Assembly: GCA_017499595.2 (NCBI GenBank)
Contig: CM039001.1
Location: 1,860,001 to 1,924,000 of the forward strand
Source of the DNA: Psilocybe cubensis
Lineage: Eukaryota
DNA: 64,000 bases
Reading direction: 5' to 3'
Shown here: positions 1 to 11,597 of the stretch, one piece after another
Numbering within the stretch: position 1 is the first letter of the stretch
How the letters are laid out: each line of letters begins with the position of its first letter
The notes under the pieces: model-generated
What the model saw: the letters and a program-made list of their open reading frames with translations, nothing else
Told to the model about the DNA's origin: nothing
The model's database searches: none
Translations under genes and position numbers: made by a program

Positions 1-2449
1 TATGCTGCCTCCGTTTATCTGTGCAGGTGCTGACTGAGATGCACGTACTTGATCACGGAAGATCTCAAACATCATCTCAAAGGTGAATGTGCTTTGTCCG
101 TTTGTATTGAGATGAACGCTTGCAATAAGAAGACATATTGCAGGGTAAGATAGATCTGATTTCAGAATTAGTTCATGTCGGCAATAATGAAAATACGGGG
201 ACATACTATCCGCATGAAGGCTGGAAGGGCGAGAGCGCTGCGAATGGGCTGATTGGGAAATATGTTTGAGGGTGAGGTAAGGTTGTGCCAGGGTTAACAA
301 TGAAACAGATTGCATCTAATGCACGACGCACACAGAGTCAACATTTTTTACGCGAAGCTCGGCACATTAAACGTACCAGGATACGAGCGATGACCTTTAG
401 CTCCCTGGTGACACTATATGTTTCTTTCAAGATACCCAGAACTTCGTTGTTCGCAAGAAAATTTTCCACATGGGCATCCCACAGTTGATTCCACTCAGTT
501 TGCCCCAATGAAGTATTGTCCGGAGCAGAGGACTGAAGACTAACCCGTACGTACGAGAGGCAGACATCAAAACCGCTAGATGGCGCTGTACGTATCGTTC
601 TGCCTGAGAAACGGCTCTTGACACGCTTTTCGAGCAGTTGGATAGTGTCCAGGCGGGAAGTAACTCCGATAACCGCAATGCCTCTACTTTCCGCGCTTGC
701 ACGACAATTTTGAACGGTATCCAGAAGGCAGTAGAGCAAGGATTGCCGGGGATGGGAGGCAAAAAGATCAAAAGCGTCCAAGATAACGACTACCGGCTGC
801 TTCAAAGTCAAGAGAGCAGGAATAAGGGAGTGCAGGTGTGAAGCAGGGGGTAACGACGTAGTAGAAAATGCAGATTCCTCGTTTGGCTGGTCATGAGTGA
901 TGAGAAAGGGATTATCATCGTCTTGATTAGTGTCTGTAGCGGGGTTTGTTGGGTCGTTTACAATATCTGAAAACAAGGCCGATCCTGTTTGTTGTAGAAG
1001 TTGTATGGCAATTTCGCGTATTGCATGCCGGTCCGTACTTTGAACCCACCCAGAGAGGCGGATAATAATAGGTTTACTCGGAAGATTTTGAAGACAGTCT
1101 TCTAGGATCTGGTTCCACAAATAAGACACTAGTGGTAACACAATGTAGAAAATTGAATAACTCACAGCGGACTTTCCGCTTCCCCTGGGTCCAAGCAGAA
1201 GACAGCTATTACCTTCTGCCCTCATCACCGTCCCTTCAATTAGTTCGGCTAGTTGACTGGCCGCAACAACATTCACAGAAACTTCCAATTCAGGCGCGTC
1301 GACCTTGAAGATTGGACGTTGGAGCATCTTCATTATGCTGCGCTTCTGAGTGTAGAAGAAAGGATGTAGGTGTACTGGGAGAGCAGTCGAAGCCTCTGTG
1401 AGTGGTACTTTTTGTAAAGCAGCAGAGTTCGGAGGTATAGAGATATTTTGCGCAAGAGATGAGCGTCCATCGAGATATGTTGGTGTCGGGGTCAAAGACG
1501 ATCGAGGTCTTGTCATAGACACATTGTCGTCGATACTTTCTACCTCAGAGAACAACGGAGATCCTTCAACTGTTTTGAAAAGCTCTTCTACCTTAGAGCC
1601 GTCGATTGTTGATACCGTTTCGGGAGGTTCAGAGTAATTGGCCCGACTAAGCTCTTTTGTATGGACAACCTCTACGGAGTCAGGCGCTTCCAGATATGTG
1701 TCCACAATTGTAGTAGAGCGGGTTCGCCTAGCACGTTTGTTTTTGGGTATATTTGGGACAGTATCAGTTTCGATAATTGTAGCGGCCGTTCGACGTCTTG
1801 TCATTCGTTTGGGAGGGGCTTTTGCTTCGGGTTCCTCGACCATTGTTTCTAATTCACCGGCCACAGTCGTAGTCCTCCGTCTAGACTTCTTCACCGTTGG
1901 CGTTTCAGTGGAATCTGCGATTTCTTTCAGAATGGTCGAGTTAGAGGTCGTCCGCTTAGCGGTCCTTTTCGAAGGCGCTTTAGCATCTGGCATGACGATG
2001 ACGACTTCTGTCGTAGTGCTACTTCTTAATTGCCTGTGCACCGGCGGATCATCATCGGGGGAAGTGTGCGTTTCAATGCTATGTACAGTGTCTTTCCTTG
2101 TCCTGGGTCTTCCTGTGGAATTGTTAGAGGATGAGTTGGAAACGTAAAACTAGTAGTAGCACGTACTAGCAGCCTTCCCATAAACCTTGGCCACCCCTGC
2201 CTTGCGTAGTAGACTTTCATTGTCAATGATAGCTACAACATTATTTGGAATGTTACTGTTTGAAGCTGACGCGTCAGCTTCACCTGCGTCCTTCAAAGGT
2301 TTTCTGGTCGAAGATTTGCGATCCTGACGAGATGGTGTGACGTGGTTTTCCGTTGGAGGGTCTACTACAGAAGAGTTTCCACGCGTGCGAGGGCGTTTGG
2401 ATTGGATTTGAACCTCTGCTTGGGGAGCCTGCTTGCGTTTGGGAGGCAT
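1..2449 (-). CDS. ORC4: Origin recognition complex subunit 4 (AAA+) with a long basic N-terminal extension; 3' end runs off the window
   Basis: Walker A in EGNSCLLLGPRGSGKS, Walker B region VVVILDAFDLFASHPRQSLLYCLLD, and IGVTSRLDTIQLLEKRVKSRFSGR, all typical of Orc4. ATG at 2449 (MPPKRKQ); a GT-AG intron at ~2166-2113 joins ORF 2150-2560 to ORF 338-2041. Confidence 0.93.
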
Positions 2450-2646
2450 GAGTGTGGGTGTTACTAAAATGAACAACCAATGAACAACTTCACTCCTGTA
2501 GGTCACAACGCGATCAGTAACAGCACATGATTTGTGACTGTTCTGTGAGCCCTTTGTCACTCTGATTTAGTCGCATAGCATTTCATTGATTCGAACTTTG
2601 CCCAACACTACCTGCATTACATAAATCTGGGTAAGGAATATACAGG

Positions 2647-3704
2647 ATGGGATTTACTGGGTACGTATTAAACAAACCTTTTTACTAGTACTGTTCAAGC
2701 GGTGCTTGATGCACTCTGTCTCGAAACTTTACGCAGATTAGCCCGATGGCTCAATGCACCCCCCAACGGCCTTGACATCGTCCAGGCTAATCTTCGCGCC
2801 AACCACTCTGTATGGTCTTTGCACTAGTCTTCTGTTAGTGAGTTGACTGACAAGATTAGGCGGCATTCCACTCGCGATGGCACCTTTCCATCAAGTCATA
2901 TCGCTCTGTGTTGACCCAAACCCCCGATTCCACCGTCCAAAGCGAACGAAACATGTTTGCGCTGACGATGGATGACAACGTTTTTATTCACCTTGAAGAT
3001 CCTGCAGCACCTACCAGAGCAGACGTCCTCGCTGTGGCGCCACCTGGACAGGAAGCCATGTATTTGAAGAGTCCCTCCCATTATAGAAACACCTTTCTTG
3101 CCATGAGACCCCCTGGTGGACTGGAGCAATTGTTGGCACAAATAAAGGCTCGCTGGATCTCGGTTCGTCAAGCTGCAGGCCAGAGAAATAATATCACCGG
3201 GCAACAGTTAATCATAGAAGGACGAACTTATTCCATTGGGACGGACTGGATGGTGCGCGTCGGGAACGTCCAACTGGCTGGAGGTGCTATTAAAGGGATG
3301 TTGTTAGAGGTAAGATCATTCTTTGCACCAAACACTTGATTCATTCTATACTCACATTTCATAAGGCTGAATACCTCCCCCTTCCTCTCCTACGATCTGC
3401 TGCCACTGACAATACATCTGAACTTCTTTCCAATCTGTTAACTTCCATCTTACCAAATATCCCCGATGCCAAAACGGTCGCAGTGACATTCAATGACGCA
3501 CATTGGCAGGATCAGCTTTGGGACCGTGAAAAGGAACTGAGCGAAATGAATGATCCGGTCGCAGTGGTGGACAACGATGATCCCTACGCATGGGACAACA
3601 CCGATATTGCAGAATGGAAGCAGGGAGACTGGGCAGGCGTAGATAGAGAACAGCGATCTGCTTATTTGATCATAGGAGCGCTCCGTTCAGAAGGGCTTTT
3701 GTAG
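2647..3704 (+). CDS. MED20: Mediator complex subunit 20 (4 exons)
   Basis: Spliced translation MGFTG|LARWLNAPP...IIEGRTYSIGTDWMVRVGNVQLAGGAIKGMLLE|AEYLP resembles the Med20 family; canonical GT-AG introns restore the frame. Confidence 0.75.
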
Positions 3705-4021
3705 ACCACTGTTGATCCACATTTAACTGAACCACTTCGTGTCTATATTGCACGACCAAGACATCAACAGCTACATGTCCCGGTGATCCAGATATCGGTA
3801 TGCAAATGGTACACTATTGTCTAACCGACTTTGCAGAGATAAAAAAAAAAGAGCAAACTAACCGATTTGTCGAAGATGCAGCTTCGAAATGAAATAACCC
3901 TGAATACGACAAAGCTTGATATATAAACAAAATGTGTCTACCGTCCTTGAGAAAGTGAGGATGCAAACGACAATTGTACCAGACATAAATAGACAACAGG
4001 ATAGACAAGTGGCGTGAGTGG

Positions 4022-5743
4022 TCATGTTGGATGAGAGTCCCCTCTGCCGTTCTGTGAGGAAGAGTTGAGGGGTGGGAAAGGAGTTTGACTTGAATTAGGT
4101 CGGGAGTCAGGGTGACCAGATTGGTTCTGAGAGGTTTGGTGGGGCTGAATAAGAGGTGGGGGGAAAGGGGGAAGGATGGGTTGACCGTATGCATTGTTAT
4201 GCGAAGATGGGCCTGCACCAGAATTGAATGATTCTGAGCGCTGTGCATGAAGCTGTTGTCTAAGCATGCTATTTTCTGCGGCCATTTCTTGGTGCGACTG
4301 TTTCAACTGAGCGACAAAATCGATTGCTGGAGAAATAATCTTAGCACAGAGAGATGGACAAGAAAACAAGAGACACCTTTGCTCAGAATCTCCCACTTGC
4401 TGGCCTTCATTCCCCGATCCGCAGGCAATTGTGCCCGGAGCTCGTCAAACAACTCTTTCATTTCCTTTCTTCTTTTTCTCTCAGCAAGTTTGTGAGATAC
4501 CCTCAATTCTGGAGACCGAGAGTACGGTGTCAGTCCAGTGTCCCTGTCCTTGCCTTTAACGGCAGTGTTTGGGGACGAAGTGCCAGAAGGTTCCTCCTGA
4601 CCAGATGATAAACCAGAGTGACTGTTGGCATCTGTGTTCTGACGAGACGGAGGGCGAGACCGTGAATGACCGCTCCTTGAGGAAGGGTGGGTGAGATTGT
4701 CCGGAACGGACATTCTACGATCGGGTGCATAACTTGTAGGGGGCGGAACGCTTAATTCATGTACAGGATCAAAAGTCCTGTTGCTATAGTTTGATTCGTT
4801 TTGGAGGGAAGATGAATTGGGGCCCTCGTTAGCGGGCCAAGAGAATGAAGCGATGCTTGAAGAGACTCGACTGTGATGAGAGTCTGAGGAATTAAAAGAG
4901 TTTATGCCAGGAACACTGGGGAACAAGGAAGGAGCTGAGTCCCGTCGATCATTCAACATCCAATGGGCACCGCGAGAGTCGACCGAATTGCGACGATCGT
5001 TGAGACTCAGCTGGGCGATACGCTGAGTGTCTATTGTCGAGCCCCGCCGTTTTGGTGCTGGGGCATCGACATCGACGTCCATAACGCTGGGCATACCTGG
5101 GCCCACGAGATGGGTGTCGGGGTCTTCACCGACGGGAGCAAAAACACTGCGATCTGTTGACATTTTACGCTTTGTACCATGGAGCGTAGAGGAGAGATTA
5201 GGGAGGGTTATGGGGTTCTGGCCGACGGCGATGGAGTGCCTGCGCATGCTAAAGTCGAACGCGGGAGGGTTGTCGCGGATGCTGGGGCGCGCATATGGAA
5301 GCCTGTCGGAGTCATGCTGGACAAGGGAGTGGTCCTTGGAAGGAGAGTTTCCTGTGAGAGCGGATTAACGGAGAGAGGGAAGAAAAGCGGCGGGGACAAG
5401 TACCTGACTGGGAGCGTGGATGGCGAGGGACAAGATGGTCAGAAGAAGGGGAATGGAGGATCTTCCTGAGCTGGGAGCTTGGCTCTGGATGGGAGGAATG
5501 GGGAGTAGCATCGCCAAAGACGAAGGGGGAGGAGGGGCGGGTGTCGTGGGCGGGGGCGGGTGCGGGGAGGGAGTCGGTGTGGTGGCGGAAGGAGGGGGAG
5601 GGCTTGTTGGCGGCGTGGAGGTAGGGGTCTGTGATGGAGCCCCTGCGCTGGATCTGCTGGAGAGACTCGAGGGAGGCGAGGGCGGCGGCGGGGGAATGGT
5701 GTCTGCTGTTGGGCGGGCGGTCGCGGGCGGTGTTGGAGGCCAT
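4022..5743 (-). CDS. bHLH transcription factor, DevR/Esc1-like
   Basis: b[63 protein letters not shown] closely resembles the Aspergillus DevR / S. pombe Esc1 basic region; ATG at 5743 (MASNTARD). Confidence 0.9.
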
Positions 5744-5773
5744 TGTTTGAGGGGAGCGGGGAGCGGGGAACGG

Positions 5774-5794
5774 CGAGCAACGAGCAACGAGCAA
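5774..5794. repeat. Tandem repeat (CGAGCAA)x3 just upstream of the bHLH ATG
   Basis: cgagcaa cgagcaa cgagcaa read directly. Confidence 0.8.
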
Positions 5795-5870
5795 GCCAAA
5801 GACGATATCCACAAGTCCAAATCAGGATATATTGCTCACGTAAGCACTAAGTATCTCATCCACGCTACAC

Positions 5871-8737
5871 TCACGCTCCATCCACGATACCAAGTCCTGT
5901 GCTAACTACTATCCGCCGTCCCGTCTCGCTTAGCGCCATTCTCCGTACATAGTCGCTCCGCCCGCTATTCCGTGTTTTGCGCATTCCCTGTCCCTGTCCC
6001 TGCAATCGTATCCGCTCTTCTTCCGCCTCGTCTAGGACCACCATCCACCGCACATACGGCAGATACTCCAGCGCCAGTCTTCGTGTCCAGGCCCGCACTG
6101 GTCTCACCTCCTCCAGCACACGCAGCACCTCCCCGTCTTCTCTCGCCTCTTCAGGCACATCATCGCCGTGCACTTTCTGTCCACTTTCTACCGCACAACA
6201 TATTATGTCTTCGTGCTGTCCAAAGTCCTCCCTGTCTGCCCTCTGTCGATCATATAGTATGGTGTGTCCTGTCTCGTCGTCGTTGGTCGGCACATAGCTC
6301 GCTAGCTCTGCCCCCTGTGCTCATTGTCAGTTCATCATCATCCAGCATCCCCAATAGTGTCCAGACACACCGTAGCAATCCCAGACGAATCTCGGACGAG
6401 CTCTGCGTCTAAAAACGACAGAAACTCGCTCTTCTCGCCAAATGCCATCCTGCGCACCACACCCGGGCCGTCTTTGCTTCTATCTCTCTCCTCATTGGCC
6501 GTTGCTCTTGTAAATCTCCCGCACTTGATTTGCAGAGCATTGATTGTCCGCCGGAGATCACGACCAGCTGTTCGACAACTCGCTGAATATAGCCCTGTCC
6601 GATCTCCTTCAAGGGGATAAAGGTACATCCGCGAGATAAGATTGCGGTCCACTTGGTAGCCCTCCGACAAGCATACTGCTTGCAGATATGACGCTGCTAC
6701 ATCAGTCGGGCATGGCTCAAACTCAATGATCGTCTGCAGAGGCAGATCCTGTGTCGGCACCAACGTCGGGTCTGCATCATTGAAAAATAAGAGACACCGC
6801 TAGTCAAGATTTGATTTTGCATACCGTTGCATGTGCAAATCACAGGCCGTTTGCACTCTTTGATGATCCGTATAACAGTGGTCCAAAAATTAATATCTTC
6901 CTTGTAAAGTATATCAACTTCTTCCAATAAAATAAGCGATTGGCGAATAGGTTTTGAATCGTTGACTGGTTCTTCGACATCGAATGGATCTTTATCCGTC
7001 CTCCTTTTCCGAGGCGAGTACGATGCCACCAGCGACTCTTGCGGTGCCTCTGTATTCTTCTTTTGGGACAGAAAGCTCTTCAAAACATCGCCGTTCCTAC
7101 GATTCTGAAGCACAAGATGGTTCTTCCCAACCTCACCAACAAGGTTGTCCACGTTTGCCCCATTTCGTCGTCCCACACCAGGATACACCTCAAAAACATC
7201 CCAGCCCAACTCCTCGCTACATGCGTAGACACTCGCCGTTTTGCCACTTCCTGACGGGCCTGAGAGCAATATTGTATTGTGCAGCTGCCCCAGATCCTGT
7301 TCTGTACATTCAACGAAAGAGGGTGGCAGGTCGTGAGTAGACGAAGACTGGGAGCTGCTCGCGGGAACCTCGGGTAGTAAGATTTCTCCAAACTCGTCCA
7401 GCTCTTCAAAATTGACTTGCTCTTCCTCAGATTCATCATCGTACACGATCCAATCGTCATCTTCTTCGTCCGAGTCCAGGCGTGACTTCTTCCTGCTTTT
7501 ATCCACCGTTCGCACGACACGAACCCGCTTCGTACCCCTCCCAGCGTTTGCTTTGGATTTTCCTTTCATGGTATTAGAGCCCTCTCCAAACTTTGCGCTG
7601 TTGTCATGATCGCTTTCCAATTGTAGTTCGAGTGCGCGCAGCCAGTTACGAAGATAGATCGCACTGTTTTCATTGCCCAGAACCTCCTTTGCGCACGACG
7701 GACGCCACTTCTCAGACCAGGGACGACTCGACGTCGGTAAACAATCCGGTCCGTTTTCCACGAGTCGCGCAATAGCCGGGTGATTATGGATATGTTCAGG
7801 TGGAATGTCAAGAATGGAGGGTTCATTAGGAGTATCAGCCTTGGGATGTATCCAAATATCGCTCGCTTTGTCTACCACGATGTCAGGACGGCCGATTAAG
7901 AATTTATAATTCGTCATCCCTAGGGTCATCTGGCTAGGAATAGTCCGAGATCGGTTTGGAAACGATGCGACATAGGTTTGGGTCGCAGTCTGAGGTCCTT
8001 TGACATGCTGGGATTCGCTATTTGGAAAAGGTGGACCCTGGTTCGGTAGTGCATTTTTAGATGTTTTAGTGGGCAATGGCGTAGAAGAAGCGGTAGGCTT
8101 TGCTTTGGACATGAAAAAGGGGTGTACAGGCACATTAGGCTTGGGATTTGTTGACTCCTTGATGGGTGAGGATGGTATAACGATCGGCTGGTCTCTAGTG
8201 TAACCTTCCACTTTGGCTTTGGATTTGCTCGTCTGAGACGAGACGGCTTGAGATACTTGGATAGCTGCATCTTCCTCTAAAAGTACAATAGAAGGGCTCC
8301 GTCGGGTTGCATCCACAACTTGTACAACTGTACCCGATTCGTCTAATTCCACATCCGGAGTAGTTAGGTCTAGTATTTGAGTAGGTCTTGCTTCCAGCTC
8401 GACATCTGGGATGGTCACGTCTAGTAAGGGTACAATGGTATCGTCGAGTTCTAATGGTAGAATTGAGTTGTCTACCGATGGAGTGGCAGGGCCATCCACT
8501 TCAGTGGGAAGAAGGTCGGGAGGGGGTACAGACAATTGGTTATTGCCACCAGCTTTGTCATTTTTGTTGCTTTTCACAACAAAGGATTCGAGTAAACTCT
8601 TCTGCTTTAATGTAGTTTTATTCTGTAATATATCATATTTGTCAATCAGTATAGTTTGACCGATACTATGTATAGAAGCCAACCTTGGAACCAGACGCCT
8701 TTGCCACGCCTGCAAGCTTCTTCCTATCGGTCGACAT
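5871..8737 (-). CDS. ELG1: Elg1/ATAD5 alternative RFC large subunit (PCNA unloader)
   Basis: PWSEKWRPSCAKEVLGNE, Walker A LSGPSGSGKTASVYACSEELGWDVFEV, Walker B SLILLEEVDIL, KRPVICTCN, DLRRTINALQ. ATG at 8737 (MSTDRKK) is spliced to NKTTLKQK. Confidence 0.9.
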
Positions 8738-9050
8738 TGCACTGGAAAGGCAAAAGACGAGTATGGAGGTGTCGTACAGATGTCGAGTGGCTCGAGTGTT
8801 TATATATTGCTCGATTTCATTATAATCAAGCAATGATATAAGTTTGTTTGAACATTGTCGTCAGGAAGAAGACGTTAGAATGCAAAATACGCAGAGTCAC
8901 AATCGCGTCTCAATGTTCGGCAAGTCACGAGGTTGTCGCGTTTTGTGACAAGTCTTGGGTGCCTTTGACTGCCGCATCCATTATATGATGTACATCGCTC
9001 ACACTTTTCTCTTATCATTTGCTATTCTCCAATAATACGCCCACCTAAAC

Positions 9051-10432
9051 ATGGATCCTTCTTTCCTGGAAGCTGCAAAATTTATTTCTAACGAATACAG
9101 AGGCACGTTAAAGCCTTACACAGCTCTGTGGTAGATGATTAAACTGATTTCAGGGTCACTCGCTTAGATCTAAATGGGACTGGCATTGAAATTTTGGATC
9201 ATCCACCCTCTGCCATAGAGTTCAGTCGAGTAATTCACATATCTCGTCCAACAATTATCAAAGGTGAATCACAATCTACCGTCCGGAAAGATTACAACCT
9301 AATCGTGCTCTAGGTTTCCGATTTCCTGCTCTGGATCTCTGGACAGATGAATATCTAACAAAAAAGATGAAGGAAAATCCAATCTCCATTGCCACAACTC
9401 CGAACGGGTGTGTAAATATACTCTTTAAAGTGACTTGTTGACAAATTTGTTCAAAGACTGGCAGATTCAATTTGTCGCGCATCAGATGGCCGTTTGTATT
9501 TCGTCGAGCCCTTCATCGAAAAGATGACAATGCAGCAACTACTTTTCAAGCTTGGCTCCAGTGAGTGATATACTTCCCTTATGAGTTCGAATAGTAACAA
9601 ACTCTCAGAAACAACATCACCAAAACCCGAAATCTATTACCTTCAGTCTCAGAACGGAAATCTCTTCTCGTCGAGCTCTTTTGATTCTGAATCCAACGAA
9701 GCGACTGACAACAACTCCGAATTTTTCCCATTGTTGTCAGATGTACCAAAAGAAGTGCCATGGTGCAGTGAAGCTCTAGGTTTGTCAATCTGCTACAAGA
9801 ATGGAGCTACACTACATATCATACTACCTTGTAGGACAACATCCGGACGCTGTCAATCTATGGATTGGAAATGAACAAAGTATAACCAGCATTCATAGCG
9901 GTATGCTTGCTCTTTATATCACTGCTCGGTGACCTCACAAAGCTTTCAGATCCTTACGAAAATATATACACCGTTGTGCGCGGAGAAAAACATTTTGTCC
10001 TTCTTCCCCCAAGCGATTCATGGTGTCTCAAAGGTGCTTACAAGTTGAAATAGCTTGATATCACTTGACGTATATATTGGAACAGAGCGTTACTACCCGC
10101 ATGCAACGTATACTCGAACATCCTCTTCCGAAGCTCTCGAAATACTTCCCTCGACGGAGGATATTCCTCAAGTTCGATGGTCTTCCATCCTGGATCCTGA
10201 TTCACCGAATGCCTTCCCGAGTGAAATAACGCCAATCAGGGTGACTCTCAAAGCTGGAGAGTCCTTATACTTACCTGTTGGATGGTGGCACTATGTTCGC
10301 CAATCAGGTCTGACCATTGCTTTGAATTGGTGGTATGACGCTGAAATGAGGGGAATGTCTTGGACTTTGCTAAACTTTTTGAGAAATTCGACGACTATAC
10401 ATGATGGTAATTATAATGATAATACAGATTAG
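9051..10432 (+). CDS. JMJD7: JmjC/cupin-8 2-oxoglutarate oxygenase, JMJD7-like
   Basis: YYLQSQNGNL, PDAVNLWIG, iron ligands in SIHSDPYENIY and LYLPVGWWHYVRQ, IALNWWYD; the first intron is GC-AG. Confidence 0.88.
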
Positions 10433-10652
10433 CTGTTTATTTACAATCTACTCGCTGATGTTTTGTGTGATGAAATATTTTGCACATTAGCAAGAACGTT
10501 GGCAGGGAGTGCTATTTTTGCCCTCATTGCGTCGGCCCGCGATCCCGGCATGTTACCAGTCTAGTCACGTCACACTAATTTCTTGGTTGCACTTGCACAA
10601 CTAAGCGTGCTACTATCTCTAGAGCTTTTCTTATTCCTTCGTCCCTCTAGCC

Positions 10653-11383
10653 ATGGCCAAAGACAAGTCGGAGAAGAAGAGGAAAGAAGCTCCTGCGTCG
10701 GATAATGAAGATGTCGATATGGGAGACGCGACTATTGAAAAGGTGTGTCCCATACTTTTATATTTGTTGCTTTGCTCACCTGGCTAACCTTTGGCTTCTA
10801 GTCGCCAAAAAAGGCCAAGAAGGACAAGGAAGAGGTCTCAATTGCCGTGGAAGATCTCTCTCCTATTGCACACCCCCTCGCACAGAAAAAACTCGTAAAA
10901 AAGTTACACAAAACAATTAAAAAAGGTGTGTATGATGATCCTCGTAAGTATGCGCGCTAATCAACTAACAATTATGAAGCCTCTAAAGCCCGCCAGGTCA
11001 AGCGTGGAGTTAAGGAGGTCGTGAAGGGGATCCGAAAAGGAGAGAAAGGGTATGTCCAATTTCTTTATGTGTAACCCGTATGCTAATGATTGTCTAGTCT
11101 CCTTGTTCTTGCCGCCGATATTAATCCCATCGACATCATTTCGCATTTACCCGTATTGAGCGAAGAAGCTCAAATACCCTATATCTTTGTCGCCTCCAAG
11201 GAGGAACTGGGACATGCTAGCTCAACCAAGCGACCAACAAGCTGTGTGATGATCTGCCCCAACCAAAAACGCAAAACCAAGCGGAAAGAGGGCGAGGGGG
11301 AAGACAAGGAAGACGAATACCGGGAGTTGTACGACGAGGTTTATCAGGAGGTGGAAAAACTGGACAACAAGGTTGTTTTCTAG
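10653..11383 (+). CDS. NHP2: H/ACA snoRNP subunit 2 (L7Ae family)
   Basis: SPIAHPLAQKKL...KRGVKEVVKGIRKGEKG|LLVLAADINPIDIISHLPVLSEEAQIPYIFVASKEELGHASSTKRPTSCVMI. Confidence 0.93.
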
Positions 11384-11597
11384 ATTCCAAGTAGCTTACT
11401 CTGATGTATTACTTACTCTTCCCCTTCATTTCTGTGCATTTATTTACGTTTAATTTTCTATTTGTTTAAGTGCTGGAAAAAGGTTTTTGATTAACTTTTC
11501 GCACGAGCTTTCCCAGGTTTTTGATTCACTAAAATTACACGCTTACCCGGCTTGACACCACTTTCGAGTTTCCACGTATCCTCTCCTTCGTTCTACC

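Noticed and set aside
5179-6412. Gly-rich and Pro-rich overlapping ORFs at the bHLH/ELG1 junction
   Set aside because: Off-frame or antisense readings of GC-rich exons.
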